Assembly (NCBI GenBank): GCA_963667465.2
Contig: CAXXDN010000001.1
Coordinates: forward strand, 128,001-192,000
DNA from: Dehalococcoidia bacterium
GTDB lineage: Bacteria; Chloroflexota; Dehalococcoidia; UBA2979
Reading direction: 5' to 3'
Length of the DNA stretch: 64,000 nucleotides
Shown: positions 56,579 through 64,000 of the stretch, one piece after another
Numbering within the stretch: position 1 is the stretch's first letter
How the letters are laid out: each line of letters begins with the position of its first letter
The notes under the pieces: model-generated
Told to the model about the DNA's origin: nothing
Databases searched by the model: none
The model's input: the letters and a program-made list of their open reading frames with translations, nothing else
Translations under genes and position numbers: made by a program

Positions 56579-57243
56579 GAGGACTCGCCCTCCTCGACCG
56601 CGTCGTCATCCTCGTCACGGTCGCGCCGCGCCACGGCGACGGCGCCGATCAGCGCCACGATCAGCACCAGCGAGGCGATCTCGAAGGGCGCGCCGAAGTC
56701 ACGGAAGAGCCGCTCGCCGAGCGTGCTGAAGGGCGCGACGACGGGCTCGGTGTTCTCCCACCGCTGGTCAACGAGCGCCACAGCGATGACGGCGGCGAGC
56801 AGGATGCCAACGAGGAAGGCAAACGGCTTCTGTGCGCCGTCGGACACCTTCGGGTCTTCGCTGGCGTTGGTGAGCATCAGACCGAAGAGCAGCAACACGG
56901 TCACGCCGCCGCCGTAGATCAGCACCTGGACCAGCGCCAGGAACTCGGAGCCCAGCAGCAGGAAGATCCCCGCCACGCCGAGCAGCGCCACCACGAGCGA
57001 AAGCGTGGCGTGCACGATGTTGGGCAGCAGCACGGCGCCAAGCGCCCCGAGGATGATCACCGCGGCGGCGAGCCAGAAGACCAGCTCCGCCGCCGTGATC
57101 TCGTCGAAGATCAGCAGCGCGAGCAGGACGACCACGACCGGCGTGATCAGCGCGCCGGCGACGAGGCCCGCGAAGATGACGATCCGATCGAGTTGCTGGG
57201 GGAAGGGGATGCGTTCTAGCAGTTCAAGCACCGCGCGCCCCAC
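56575..57243 (-). CDS. nuoJ: NADH-quinone oxidoreductase subunit J with N-terminal extension
   Basis: EFLALVQVLIYGGGVTVL and PFEIASLVL motifs. Confidence 0.9.
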   Translation of the reverse strand: MGRAVLELLERIPFPQQLDRIVIFAGLVAGALITPVVVVLLALLIFDEITAAELVFWLAAAVIILGALGAVLLPNIVHATLSLVVALLGVAGIFLLLGSEFLALVQVLIYGGGVTVLLLFGLMLTNASEDPKVSDGAQKPFAFLVGILLAAVIAVALVDQRWENTEPVVAPFSTLGERLFRDFGAPFEIASLVLIVALIGAVAVARRDRDEDDDAVEEGESS

Positions 57244-57300
57244 CGTATCGCCGCGGTCTCCTGCCCTCGGGGCGCTCGCCCCCCGGGACCGGGACCGGCC

Positions 57301-57774
57301 CTAGATATCGGCGACCCACTCGTCAAGTTCACCCGCGCGATGCTGGGCGAGCAGCTGCGGCAGGTCCATCACCAGGTCCGACCGGTCGTATACGGACAAC
57401 TCGTGGCCGGTCCAGGTGTTGTTCATGGCGATTGCCTCGAAGTTGCACACCTCGACGCAGATGTTGCAGCGCATGCAGCGCGCGTAGTCGATCCAGAACT
57501 TGTCGATAATCTTGCGGCGCCGCGAGGTTCCGCCCTGGTTCTCGTGGTTGGGGTTGTCCTTCATCAGGACGGTCATGCACTCGACCGGGCAGGCGCGCTC
57601 GCAGGCGTGGCAGCCGGTGCAGTAGGGCTCGTCGACGTGGTCGTCCCAGAGCAGGATCGGGAACGCGCGATCGCGCTCCGGCAGGTCGTGGTGCCCTTCC
57701 GGGTACTGCCGCGTGACCGGACGCCTCGCGAACGTCGAGAGCGTCGTCACCATGCTCTTCAGGAGGCCCTTCAT
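57301..57774 (-). CDS. nuoI: NADH-quinone oxidoreductase subunit I
   Basis: Two 4Fe-4S motifs, CTGCHACERACP and CMRCNICVEVC. Confidence 0.93.
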   Translation of the reverse strand: MKGLLKSMVTTLSTFARRPVTRQYPEGHHDLPERDRAFPILLWDDHVDEPYCTGCHACERACPVECMTVLMKDNPNHENQGGTSRRRKIIDKFWIDYARCMRCNICVEVCNFEAIAMNNTWTGHELSVYDRSDLVMDLPQLLAQHRAGELDEWVADI

Positions 57775-57858
57775 GGCCGGGAGCCTTTCACGCCCGCACC
57801 TTATGCGGTAGTACCCGCAGGCGCGAGTCTGCCCCGCCGCCCGTCCGGGTCGCGAGGC

Positions 57859-58989
57859 TCACGAGGCCGCCTCCGCCTGGGCCACCGGCCGCGCCAGCTG
57901 CCGGGGGCGGCGGCGCGTGATGCCGTGCTCGACGATCACGTAGAGCAGCACCAGCCCGATCACGTTCGGGACCAGCAGGAACACGTCTGGCCACTCGTAC
58001 ACGAGGATCAGCCCGTTCCCGAGGATCAGCGCGAACGACAGCGGCATCAGCACCTTCCAGGAGAAGGCCATCAGCTGGTCGATGCGCATCCGCGGCACGG
58101 TCACCCGCACCCAGAACACGCTGAAGATCAGCAGCCCGGTCTTCGCGCTCGTCAGCACGACCTGCCAGAGGAACCCGGCGTCCTCGCCCAGCGGCCAGGC
58201 CCAGCCACCGAGGAACACCGCCGAGGCGAGCAGGCAGAGGATGAACAGCCCCGCGTACTCCGCGAGGAAGAACATCGACCAGCGGATCCCGCTGTACTCG
58301 ACGAACGGCCCGCCGACCACCTCGGACTCCCCGATCGGGATGTCGAAGGGTGTGCGGTTCAGTTCGGCCAGCATCGCGACGTAGAAGATCGCGAACGCCA
58401 GCGGCTGCCAGACGATGTAGGGGATGTGGCCTTGCTGCCCGGTGATCTCGTTGAGGTTGAGGCTGCCGGCGACCATCGCCACGGCCAGCACCGCGAGGAT
58501 CAGCGGCACCTCGTAGGAGATGCCCTGCGCGGCCGCGCGCAGCGCGCCGATCATCGCGTAGCGGTTGTCCGAGGACCATCCCGCCATCACCCAGCCGACG
58601 ACGTTCACCGAGCTGATCGCGATCACGTAGAACAGGCCGAGCTCCAGCACCCGCACGTTCCAGTCGAACGCGAACGGGATCGCGACGAAGCCCATGAAGA
58701 CCGGGACGAACACGACGAAGACGGCGAACTCGAAGACCAGCGGGTCCGCGTTCCTCGGCCGCAGGTCTTCCTTGCCGAGCAGCTTGAGCGCGTCGGCGAG
58801 GGACTGGAGCAGGCCCAGCGGCCCGGTCCGCGTCGGGCCGAGGCGCATCTGGAAGCGTGCGATGATCTTGCGCTCGATGTAGATCAGCCCCATCACGACG
58901 ACGGTCATCATGCCGACGATCAGGAGCAGCCGGATGATCGCGTCCACCCAGACGTTGACGGTCGAGAAGCCGAACAGCTCGGTGTTCAT
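57859..58989 (-). CDS. nuoH: NADH-quinone oxidoreductase subunit H
   Basis: ERKIIARFQMRLGP, AQGISYE and AELNRTPFD motifs. Confidence 0.95.
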   Translation of the reverse strand: MNTELFGFSTVNVWVDAIIRLLLIVGMMTVVVMGLIYIERKIIARFQMRLGPTRTGPLGLLQSLADALKLLGKEDLRPRNADPLVFEFAVFVVFVPVFMGFVAIPFAFDWNVRVLELGLFYVIAISSVNVVGWVMAGWSSDNRYAMIGALRAAAQGISYEVPLILAVLAVAMVAGSLNLNEITGQQGHIPYIVWQPLAFAIFYVAMLAELNRTPFDIPIGESEVVGGPFVEYSGIRWSMFFLAEYAGLFILCLLASAVFLGGWAWPLGEDAGFLWQVVLTSAKTGLLIFSVFWVRVTVPRMRIDQLMAFSWKVLMPLSFALILGNGLILVYEWPDVFLLVPNVIGLVLLYVIVEHGITRRRPRQLARPVAQAEAAS

Positions 58990-60128
58990 CGGTCGACCTC
59001 GCAGAGCACGATGTCGAGCGAGCCGAGGACGACGACCGCGTCGGCGATGTAGCCGCCGATCGTCATGTCGCGCAGCGCCTGCAGGTTGGAAAGGCAGGCG
59101 GAGCGAATCTTGAGGCGGTGCGGGCGGTTGCCGCCCTTGCTCACCAGGTAGATGCCGTACTCGCCGCGCGGCGCCTCGGTGCGCGTGTAGACCTCGCCGG
59201 GCGGGGTGCGCAGCATGCGAGGCAGCCGGTCCGGGACGATCGGCCCCGGCTCGAGCCGCTCGAGGCACTGCTCGATGATGCGGATCGACTGCCACATCTC
59301 GTTGATGCGGCACTGGAAGCGGTCGAACACGTCCCCGTGCTCACCCGTGATCACGTCGAAGTCGACCTGGTCGTAGAAGAGGTAGGGCTCGTCCTTGCGG
59401 ATGTCCATCGGCACGCCGCTGGCGCGCAGCGTCGGGCCGCTCGCGCCCCAGTCGAGCGCGTCCGCGGCACTGAGGTGGCCGACGCCCTCGGTGCGCGCGC
59501 GGAAGATCTCGTTCTGCGTCATCAGCCCGTCGAGGTCCTTGATACCGCGGCGCGAGAGCTCCAGCGTCTCGCGCACACGCGCCTCGAAGTTGCCGGGCAC
59601 CTCCCAGGCGAGGCCGCCCGCGCGGAAGTAGGCGAACATCAGGCGGTCGCCGGCGACCTCCTCGAACAGGTCCTGGATGAACTCGCGCTCGCGGAAGGCG
59701 TAGGTGAACGCCGTGCCGAAGACGCCGACGTCCGTCCCGAACGCGCCGAGGAACATGAAGTGGCTGGACAACCGGTTCAGCTCGCAGAGGATCATGCGGA
59801 TCCACTGCGCGCGCTCCGGCACCTCGAGCTCCGCGAGTTGCTCGACGGCCATCACGTAGGAGAGTTCGGCATTGAAGTTCGCCAGGTACTCGGTGCGGTC
59901 CATGTAGCCGATGCCCTGGCGGTAGTCCATCGTCTCGCAGAGCTTCTCTGCCCCGCGGTGCATGTAGCCGATGTGCGGCGTCACGTCGGTGACGAGCTCG
60001 CCGTCGATGGTCAGGACCATGCGGAAGACGCCGTGCGTCGAGGGGTGCTGCGGCCCCATGTTGATCATGATGTCCTGGGTCTCGAACTCGTGATCGAAGG
60101 TGGGGGTGTCCGGCACGGCGCTGGTCAC
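58986..60128 (-). CDS. nuoD: NADH-quinone oxidoreductase subunit D
   Basis: NMGPQHPSTHGV, GYMHRG.EK and SLDIVLCEVDR motifs. Confidence 0.96.
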   Translation of the reverse strand: MTSAVPDTPTFDHEFETQDIMINMGPQHPSTHGVFRMVLTIDGELVTDVTPHIGYMHRGAEKLCETMDYRQGIGYMDRTEYLANFNAELSYVMAVEQLAELEVPERAQWIRMILCELNRLSSHFMFLGAFGTDVGVFGTAFTYAFREREFIQDLFEEVAGDRLMFAYFRAGGLAWEVPGNFEARVRETLELSRRGIKDLDGLMTQNEIFRARTEGVGHLSAADALDWGASGPTLRASGVPMDIRKDEPYLFYDQVDFDVITGEHGDVFDRFQCRINEMWQSIRIIEQCLERLEPGPIVPDRLPRMLRTPPGEVYTRTEAPRGEYGIYLVSKGGNRPHRLKIRSACLSNLQALRDMTIGGYIADAVVVLGSLDIVLCEVDR

Positions 60129-60649
60129 GGCTGCACCCCCTCGCCGTAGGCGATGCCCTCGCCCTGCAGCACCTCGATCTCGGCGAGCGGGTGCTCCTTG
60201 CGCAGCGGGAAGGTGTCGTCCATGTCGTCGGGCAGCAGCAGCGTGCGCGGGTCCGGATGGCCCTCGAAGCGTACGCCGAACATCTCCGCGGTCTCGCGCT
60301 CGAGCCAGTTGGCCGCGCGCCAGACCGTGGTCGCCGTGCCGACCGTCAGGTCGTCGTTCGGCAGCCGGGTCTTGACCGTGAGGTTGAGCTTCTGCGTGGA
60401 AGAGTAAAGGTGGTAGACGATGTCGATCCCCTCGTCCTCCCAGTCGACGCCGCTGAGGCAGCGCAGGTAGTCGAAGGCGAGGTCGGCATTGCCCCTGAGG
60501 GCGCGCAGGCCGCGGATCACCTCGTCGCGGGGGATCGTGACGATCAGGTCCTGCGCGCCGCGCTCAGGATCGGCGGTGATACCGGCGAGGCAGGCGTCGA
60601 CCTGCGGCCAGATGGTGCTCTCGAGGCCGTCCGCGTCGCCGTTCGTCAT
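60125..60649 (-). CDS. nuoC: NADH-quinone oxidoreductase subunit C
   Basis: [19 protein letters not shown] and FPLRK motifs. Confidence 0.93.
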   Translation of the reverse strand: MTNGDADGLESTIWPQVDACLAGITADPERGAQDLIVTIPRDEVIRGLRALRGNADLAFDYLRCLSGVDWEDEGIDIVYHLYSSTQKLNLTVKTRLPNDDLTVGTATTVWRAANWLERETAEMFGVRFEGHPDPRTLLLPDDMDDTFPLRKEHPLAEIEVLQGEGIAYGEGVQP

Positions 60650-61281
60650 CGGCCGGTCGCTCCGCGCTCCTCCATGATCTTCTCCTGGAGGGCCACGAAG
60701 CCGTCGAGCAGCGCCTCCGGCCGCGGCGGGCAGCCGGGCACGTAGACGTCCACCGGCACGATCTTGTCGACGCCCTGCAGCACGCGGTCGTAACGGGTGT
60801 AGGGGCCGCCGTTGGTGGCGCAGGCGCCCATCGAGATCACCCACTTGGGATTCGGCATCTGCTCGTAAAGCAGCTTCACCGCCGGCGCCATCTTCTTCGT
60901 CACCGTCCCGGCGACGATCATCACGTCCGACTGGCGCGGCGAGGGCCACGGCACGATCCCGAAGCGATCGAGGTCGTAGTGCGACATGTAGGTCGCGATC
61001 ATCTCGATCGCGCAGCAGGCGAGGCCGAACGTCATCGGCCACAGCGAGGACTTGCGGGCGGCGGCGATCACGAGGTCCGCCGGAGCCTGCATCACGCCCG
61101 GCAGCACGATCTTGTAGAGCGCCTTGCCCGGGGTCGCCTCGACGGGGGTGAGCCTCGGCAGCTCCGCCGGGTGCTCCTGCGGGGGCGAGTACGGCATCAG
61201 TGGCAGCGGCGCGACCTCGGGCCGTGTCGCTGGGGGAGCGGTGGTGGTTTCGGTGGTTCCGGTCGCCGGTCCTACCGCCAT
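60646..61281 (-). CDS. nuoB: NADH-quinone oxidoreductase subunit B
   Basis: [16 protein letters not shown] and VPGCPPRPE motifs. Confidence 0.96.
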   Translation of the reverse strand: MAVGPATGTTETTTAPPATRPEVAPLPLMPYSPPQEHPAELPRLTPVEATPGKALYKIVLPGVMQAPADLVIAAARKSSLWPMTFGLACCAIEMIATYMSHYDLDRFGIVPWPSPRQSDVMIVAGTVTKKMAPAVKLLYEQMPNPKWVISMGACATNGGPYTRYDRVLQGVDKIVPVDVYVPGCPPRPEALLDGFVALQEKIMEERGATGR

Positions 61282-61637
61282 TGGAGCGCTCCCTTCTTCC
61301 AGGCGTACGCGAAGCCGACGCCCAGGATGCCCACGAAGAGCAGCATCTCGAAGTATGCCTGCGGCCCCACGTCCACGAAGGAGAGCGCCCACGGGAAGAT
61401 GAAGACCGCCTCGACGTCGAAGATGATAAAGAGGATGGCGTACAGGTAGAAGCGCATGCCCACGTTGGTGCTGGTGCGCCGCACGGGCAGCATGCCGCAC
61501 TCGTAGGTCGTGGCCTTGTGCCGCTCGTTGGAGAAGGGGGCGATCAGGCGGGCGCCGATGAGGGCGGTGATGACGAGAACGAAGCCCACGCCTGTCGCGA
61601 GGAGCACGGCCAGATAGTTGTTGAACAGCGCGTCCAA
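61272..61637 (-). CDS. nuoA: NADH-quinone oxidoreductase subunit A
   Basis: YECG, FIIFDVE and YAWKKGAL.W motifs. TTG start is inferred. Confidence 0.92.
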   Translation of the reverse strand: MDALFNNYLAVLLATGVGFVLVITALIGARLIAPFSNERHKATTYECGMLPVRRTSTNVGMRFYLYAILFIIFDVEAVFIFPWALSFVDVGPQAYFEMLLFVGILGVGFAYAWKKGALQWR

Positions 61638-61751
61638 TGCCTTGTCCCAGCCGCGTGTGCCGGCGCTGGCCGCCACCTGCTGCGGGGCGGATCGAGGCCC
61701 TGCGGCAACGTAGCAGCGGCCCCCCGCATGGTCAACGCAGACGGGGTGCGC

Positions 61752-62147
61752 TCAGGCCAGCCGCTCGATCCCCGGAGCGAGGTCGAAACCGCGGTCGAAG
61801 CTCAGGATGCGGTTGGTTCCCGCCTTCCGCATCACAGCCAGGTGCAGGGCGTCTCGCGCTGAGATCCCGTCCACGGCACCGATGATGTCCCGCGCCACCC
61901 GAATCTCGGACATCCCGAAGTCCAGCACATCGTCCGCTATTCCATCGAGGCTCTCGAAGGCGGCGTCAATCGCAGCAGGCCGCTTAATCGCCGTGTAGCG
62001 ATGGAGTATCTCCTGGTACACCTCAACATCGGTGATGAGCTGTTCGCGGTCGCTCACGAGCCGCGTGAGGATCGCGGAGGCACGATCCTTGTACGGGTGG
62101 GCAGCGCCGACGAGGTACATGGGAACGTTCGAGTCGACGAAGATCAA
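61752..62147 (-). CDS. vapC: VapC PIN-domain toxin
   Basis: IFVDSNVPMY, QEILHRY, RDALH and SFDRGFD motifs. Confidence 0.9.
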   Translation of the reverse strand: MIFVDSNVPMYLVGAAHPYKDRASAILTRLVSDREQLITDVEVYQEILHRYTAIKRPAAIDAAFESLDGIADDVLDFGMSEIRVARDIIGAVDGISARDALHLAVMRKAGTNRILSFDRGFDLAPGIERLA

Positions 62148-62389
62148 TCGAGGCGCTGCCCTGCCGCGATCTCCTCAAGCATGTCGTCGATATCGGCCGT
62201 TGGGAACTCGTGCTGAGTTGCCTTCGCAATGGCGCGCAGCTTGGCGTCGACCGTTCCTTGACGGTCTGCCCGAGCCTGCCGCAGCGCTTGCCGAACCCAC
62301 TCCGCGAGCGTCATGCGCTGCCTCCGGGCCACGCCCTGGATTTCGAGATACTCTTCCTCGTCAAGCAGCACCTGTAGTCGCTTTGCCAT
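62144..62389 (-). CDS. vapB: VapB-type antitoxin (CopG/RHH-like)
   Basis: MAKRLQVLLDEEE..EWVRQALR..FPTADIDDML. Overlaps the vapC start. Confidence 0.85.
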   Translation of the reverse strand: MAKRLQVLLDEEEYLEIQGVARRQRMTLAEWVRQALRQARADRQGTVDAKLRAIAKATQHEFPTADIDDMLEEIAAGQRLD

Positions 62390-62395
62390 ATCAGC

Positions 62396-62425
62396 AGTAT
62401 GATTGACTCATCCGCGATGAGTCAA
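62396..62425 (-). promoter_or_regulatory. vapBC promoter with a palindromic operator
   Basis: Perfect inverted repeat TTGACTCATC-CGC-GATGAGTCAA (62403-62425) spans the TTGACT -35. CATACT -10 lies 6 nt before the ATG. Confidence 0.75.
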
Positions 62426-62448
62426 CCGCCCGGAGCCGAGCACCTGAG

Positions 62449-62985
62449 ATGACTCTGCTCGCACTCCGCCTCCTCACCCTCGCAGCCCTCGCGCTCGCCG
62501 CGGGAGCGGCACTGCTCGCGTGCGGCACCGAGGGCGAGCCCTGCCCCGAGGGCAGCGAGCGCTCCGCCGAGTACCCAGCTTCTGCTCGACCGCAGCACGC
62601 CCGGCGGCGGCAAGGTCAGCGAGGAAGAGTGGGCCGCCTTCCTCGCCGACACCGTGACACCGCGCTTCCCGGACGGGCTGACGGTGCTCGACGCCGCGGG
62701 CCAGTGGCGCGACTCGACGGGGCCGTCCAGCGCGAACGCGCGAAGGTACTGAGGATCCTTACCCCGCCCGGCGACAAGGCGCGGCGGCTGATCGACGAGA
62801 TCTCCGGGGAGTACGAGCGGCGCTTCCAGCAGGAGCCGGTGCTGCGCAGCCTCGGCGCCACCTGCACCTCGTTCTCGCAGGAAACTCAGGCTCGTAGCGC
62901 CCTCAGACCAGGCCGCGCACCTCGCCGCCGGGGCCGAGGTCGAAGCCGAGCGCGTTCGGCTGCGCGGGCAGCCCGGGCAGCGTGA
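62449..62985 (+). pseudogene. DUF3574-like lipoprotein with two compensating frameshifts
   Basis: The family-like segment VSEEEWAAFLADTVTPRFPDGLTVLDAAGQWRD lies in the +1 frame between 62576 and 62722. The flanks (LLAC lipobox, ERAKVL..YERRFQQE.VL) are in the main frame. Confidence 0.7.
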
Positions 62986-64000
62986 TGATCGGCCCCGCGA
63001 GCGCGATGATCTGCCGCGCGCCCGCCGCCACCCGCAGCTCGACAATCGGGAATGTGTGCCCGGTCGGGACCCCCCGGCGGTCCTGGAACGCCGAGAGCGA
63101 GAGGTGCGTCTTCGCGACGCAGATCGGGAAGTCCCAGCCGTTCCGCTCGAAGCGGCGGGCCGTCGTGCGGGTGAGCGGGCCCCAGCTCACCCCGTCGGCT
63201 CGATAAATCTCGCGCGCGAGCGTCTCGATCTTCCCGAACACGCCCGCGTCGTCCTCGTAGAGCAGCCGCACCTGCGAGGGTTGCTCGACCGCCGAGGCGA
63301 CGGCCTCGGCCAGCTCGGTCATACCCGCGCCGCCCTCGCTGAAGCCCTTCGCCTCGACGGCAGCCAGCGCGCCCGCCTCGAGGGCGACACGCTGCGCGAT
63401 CGCGATCTCCTCCGGGGTGTCGGCCGGGTAGCGGTTGATCGCAACGACGGCGGGCAGGCCGTAGCCGCGGACGACACCGATCGCGTTGCGCAGGTTGGCG
63501 GCGCCCTCCTCGACGGCCTTCGTGTCGGGCTCGCCGAGGGCGTCCCGCCCCACGCCGCCGTGCCAGCGCAGCCCGCGGATCGTGGCGACGACGACCGCCG
63601 CCGCGGGCTCCGGGCCGCCCTGGCGGATCTTGATGTCCATGAACTTCTCGAAGCCGAGGTCGACACCGAAGCCCGCCTCGGTGACCGCGAGCTCGCCTGT
63701 GGCCAGCGCCAGCCGGTCGGCGATGATCGAGGAACAGCCGTGCGCGATGTTGCCGAAGGGCCCGGAGTGCACGATCGCCGGTTGGCCCTCGGCGGTCTGC
63801 ACCAGGTTCGGCTTCAGCGCGTCCTTGAGCAGCACCATCATCGCGCCGACACAGTTCAGTTCGGCGGCGCGCACGGGCCGGTCGTCCTCGGTCCAGCCGA
63901 CGACGATCTCGGAGAGGCGCAGCCGCAGGTCGTCGTAGTCCGAGGCGAGCGCGACGATGGCCATGATCTCCGACGACGCCGAGATGTCGAACCCGGTGTC
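62903..64000 (-). CDS. fhs: Formate--tetrahydrofolate ligase (3' part, runs in from outside the window)
   Basis: KPNLVQT.EG, H.GPFGNIAHG, TEAGFG.DLG.EKF, CVAKTHLS and TLPGLP motifs. Confidence 0.92.
   Translation of the reverse strand, partial: DTGFDISASSEIMAIVALASDYDDLRLRLSEIVVGWTEDDRPVRAAELNCVGAMMVLLKDALKPNLVQTAEGQPAIVHSGPFGNIAHGCSSIIADRLALATGELAVTEAGFGVDLGFEKFMDIKIRQGGPEPAAAVVVATIRGLRWHGGVGRDALGEPDTKAVEEGAANLRNAIGVVRGYGLPAVVAINRYPADTPEEIAIAQRVALEAGALAAVEAKGFSEGGAGMTELAEAVASAVEQPSQVRLLYEDDAGVFGKIETLAREIYRADGVSWGPLTRTTARRFERNGWDFPICVAKTHLSLSAFQDRRGVPTGHTFPIVELRVAAGARQIIALAGPIITLPGLPAQPNALGFDLGPGGEVRGLV

Noticed and set aside
51384-61637. nuoEFG missing from the nuo operon
   Set aside because: 11-subunit complex I-like operons are well known, including in Dehalococcoidia.

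Overview
This 64 kb window is high-GC (about 70% by eye) bacterial chromosome, most consistent with Chloroflexota/Dehalococcoidia. That placement is an inference from the stand-alone rpoBC, an 11-subunit nuo operon without nuoEFG, split transketolase, F420/LLM oxidoreductases, a CaiB double-domain enzyme and a T-box before ileS. Most of the window is core genome: glcD-like 5' end, rimO, murJ, rpsT, T-box-ileS, proBA, tkt, rpoBC, a GlnR-like regulator with two glnA genes, nuoA-D/H-N and a partial fhs. Small accessory cassettes sit between operons: two vapBC pairs, two DUF3800-family genes, decayed small genes and a REP-like palindrome family. The most interesting signal is that both lower-GC DUF3800 genes (DESG...E...[Q/E]xAD, RNase H-like by inference) have their own promoter plus a short structured non-coding RNA with a shared GTGGCT-stem-TCGGC frame. 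In the second locus the RNA carries 10-11 nt segments matching both cassette junctions, and the cassette is bracketed by a 9-bp direct repeat. Other highlights are a LexA-boxed stand-alone NrdJ-type zinc ribbon, a GlnR-like 4 x 11-bp operator, an IleRS2 with a GVHH motif, a REP copy translated inside a CoA-transferase, and widespread apparently leaderless genes. No tRNA, rRNA, CRISPR array or recognisable transposase was seen. All family calls are by motif recognition; no database searches were run.
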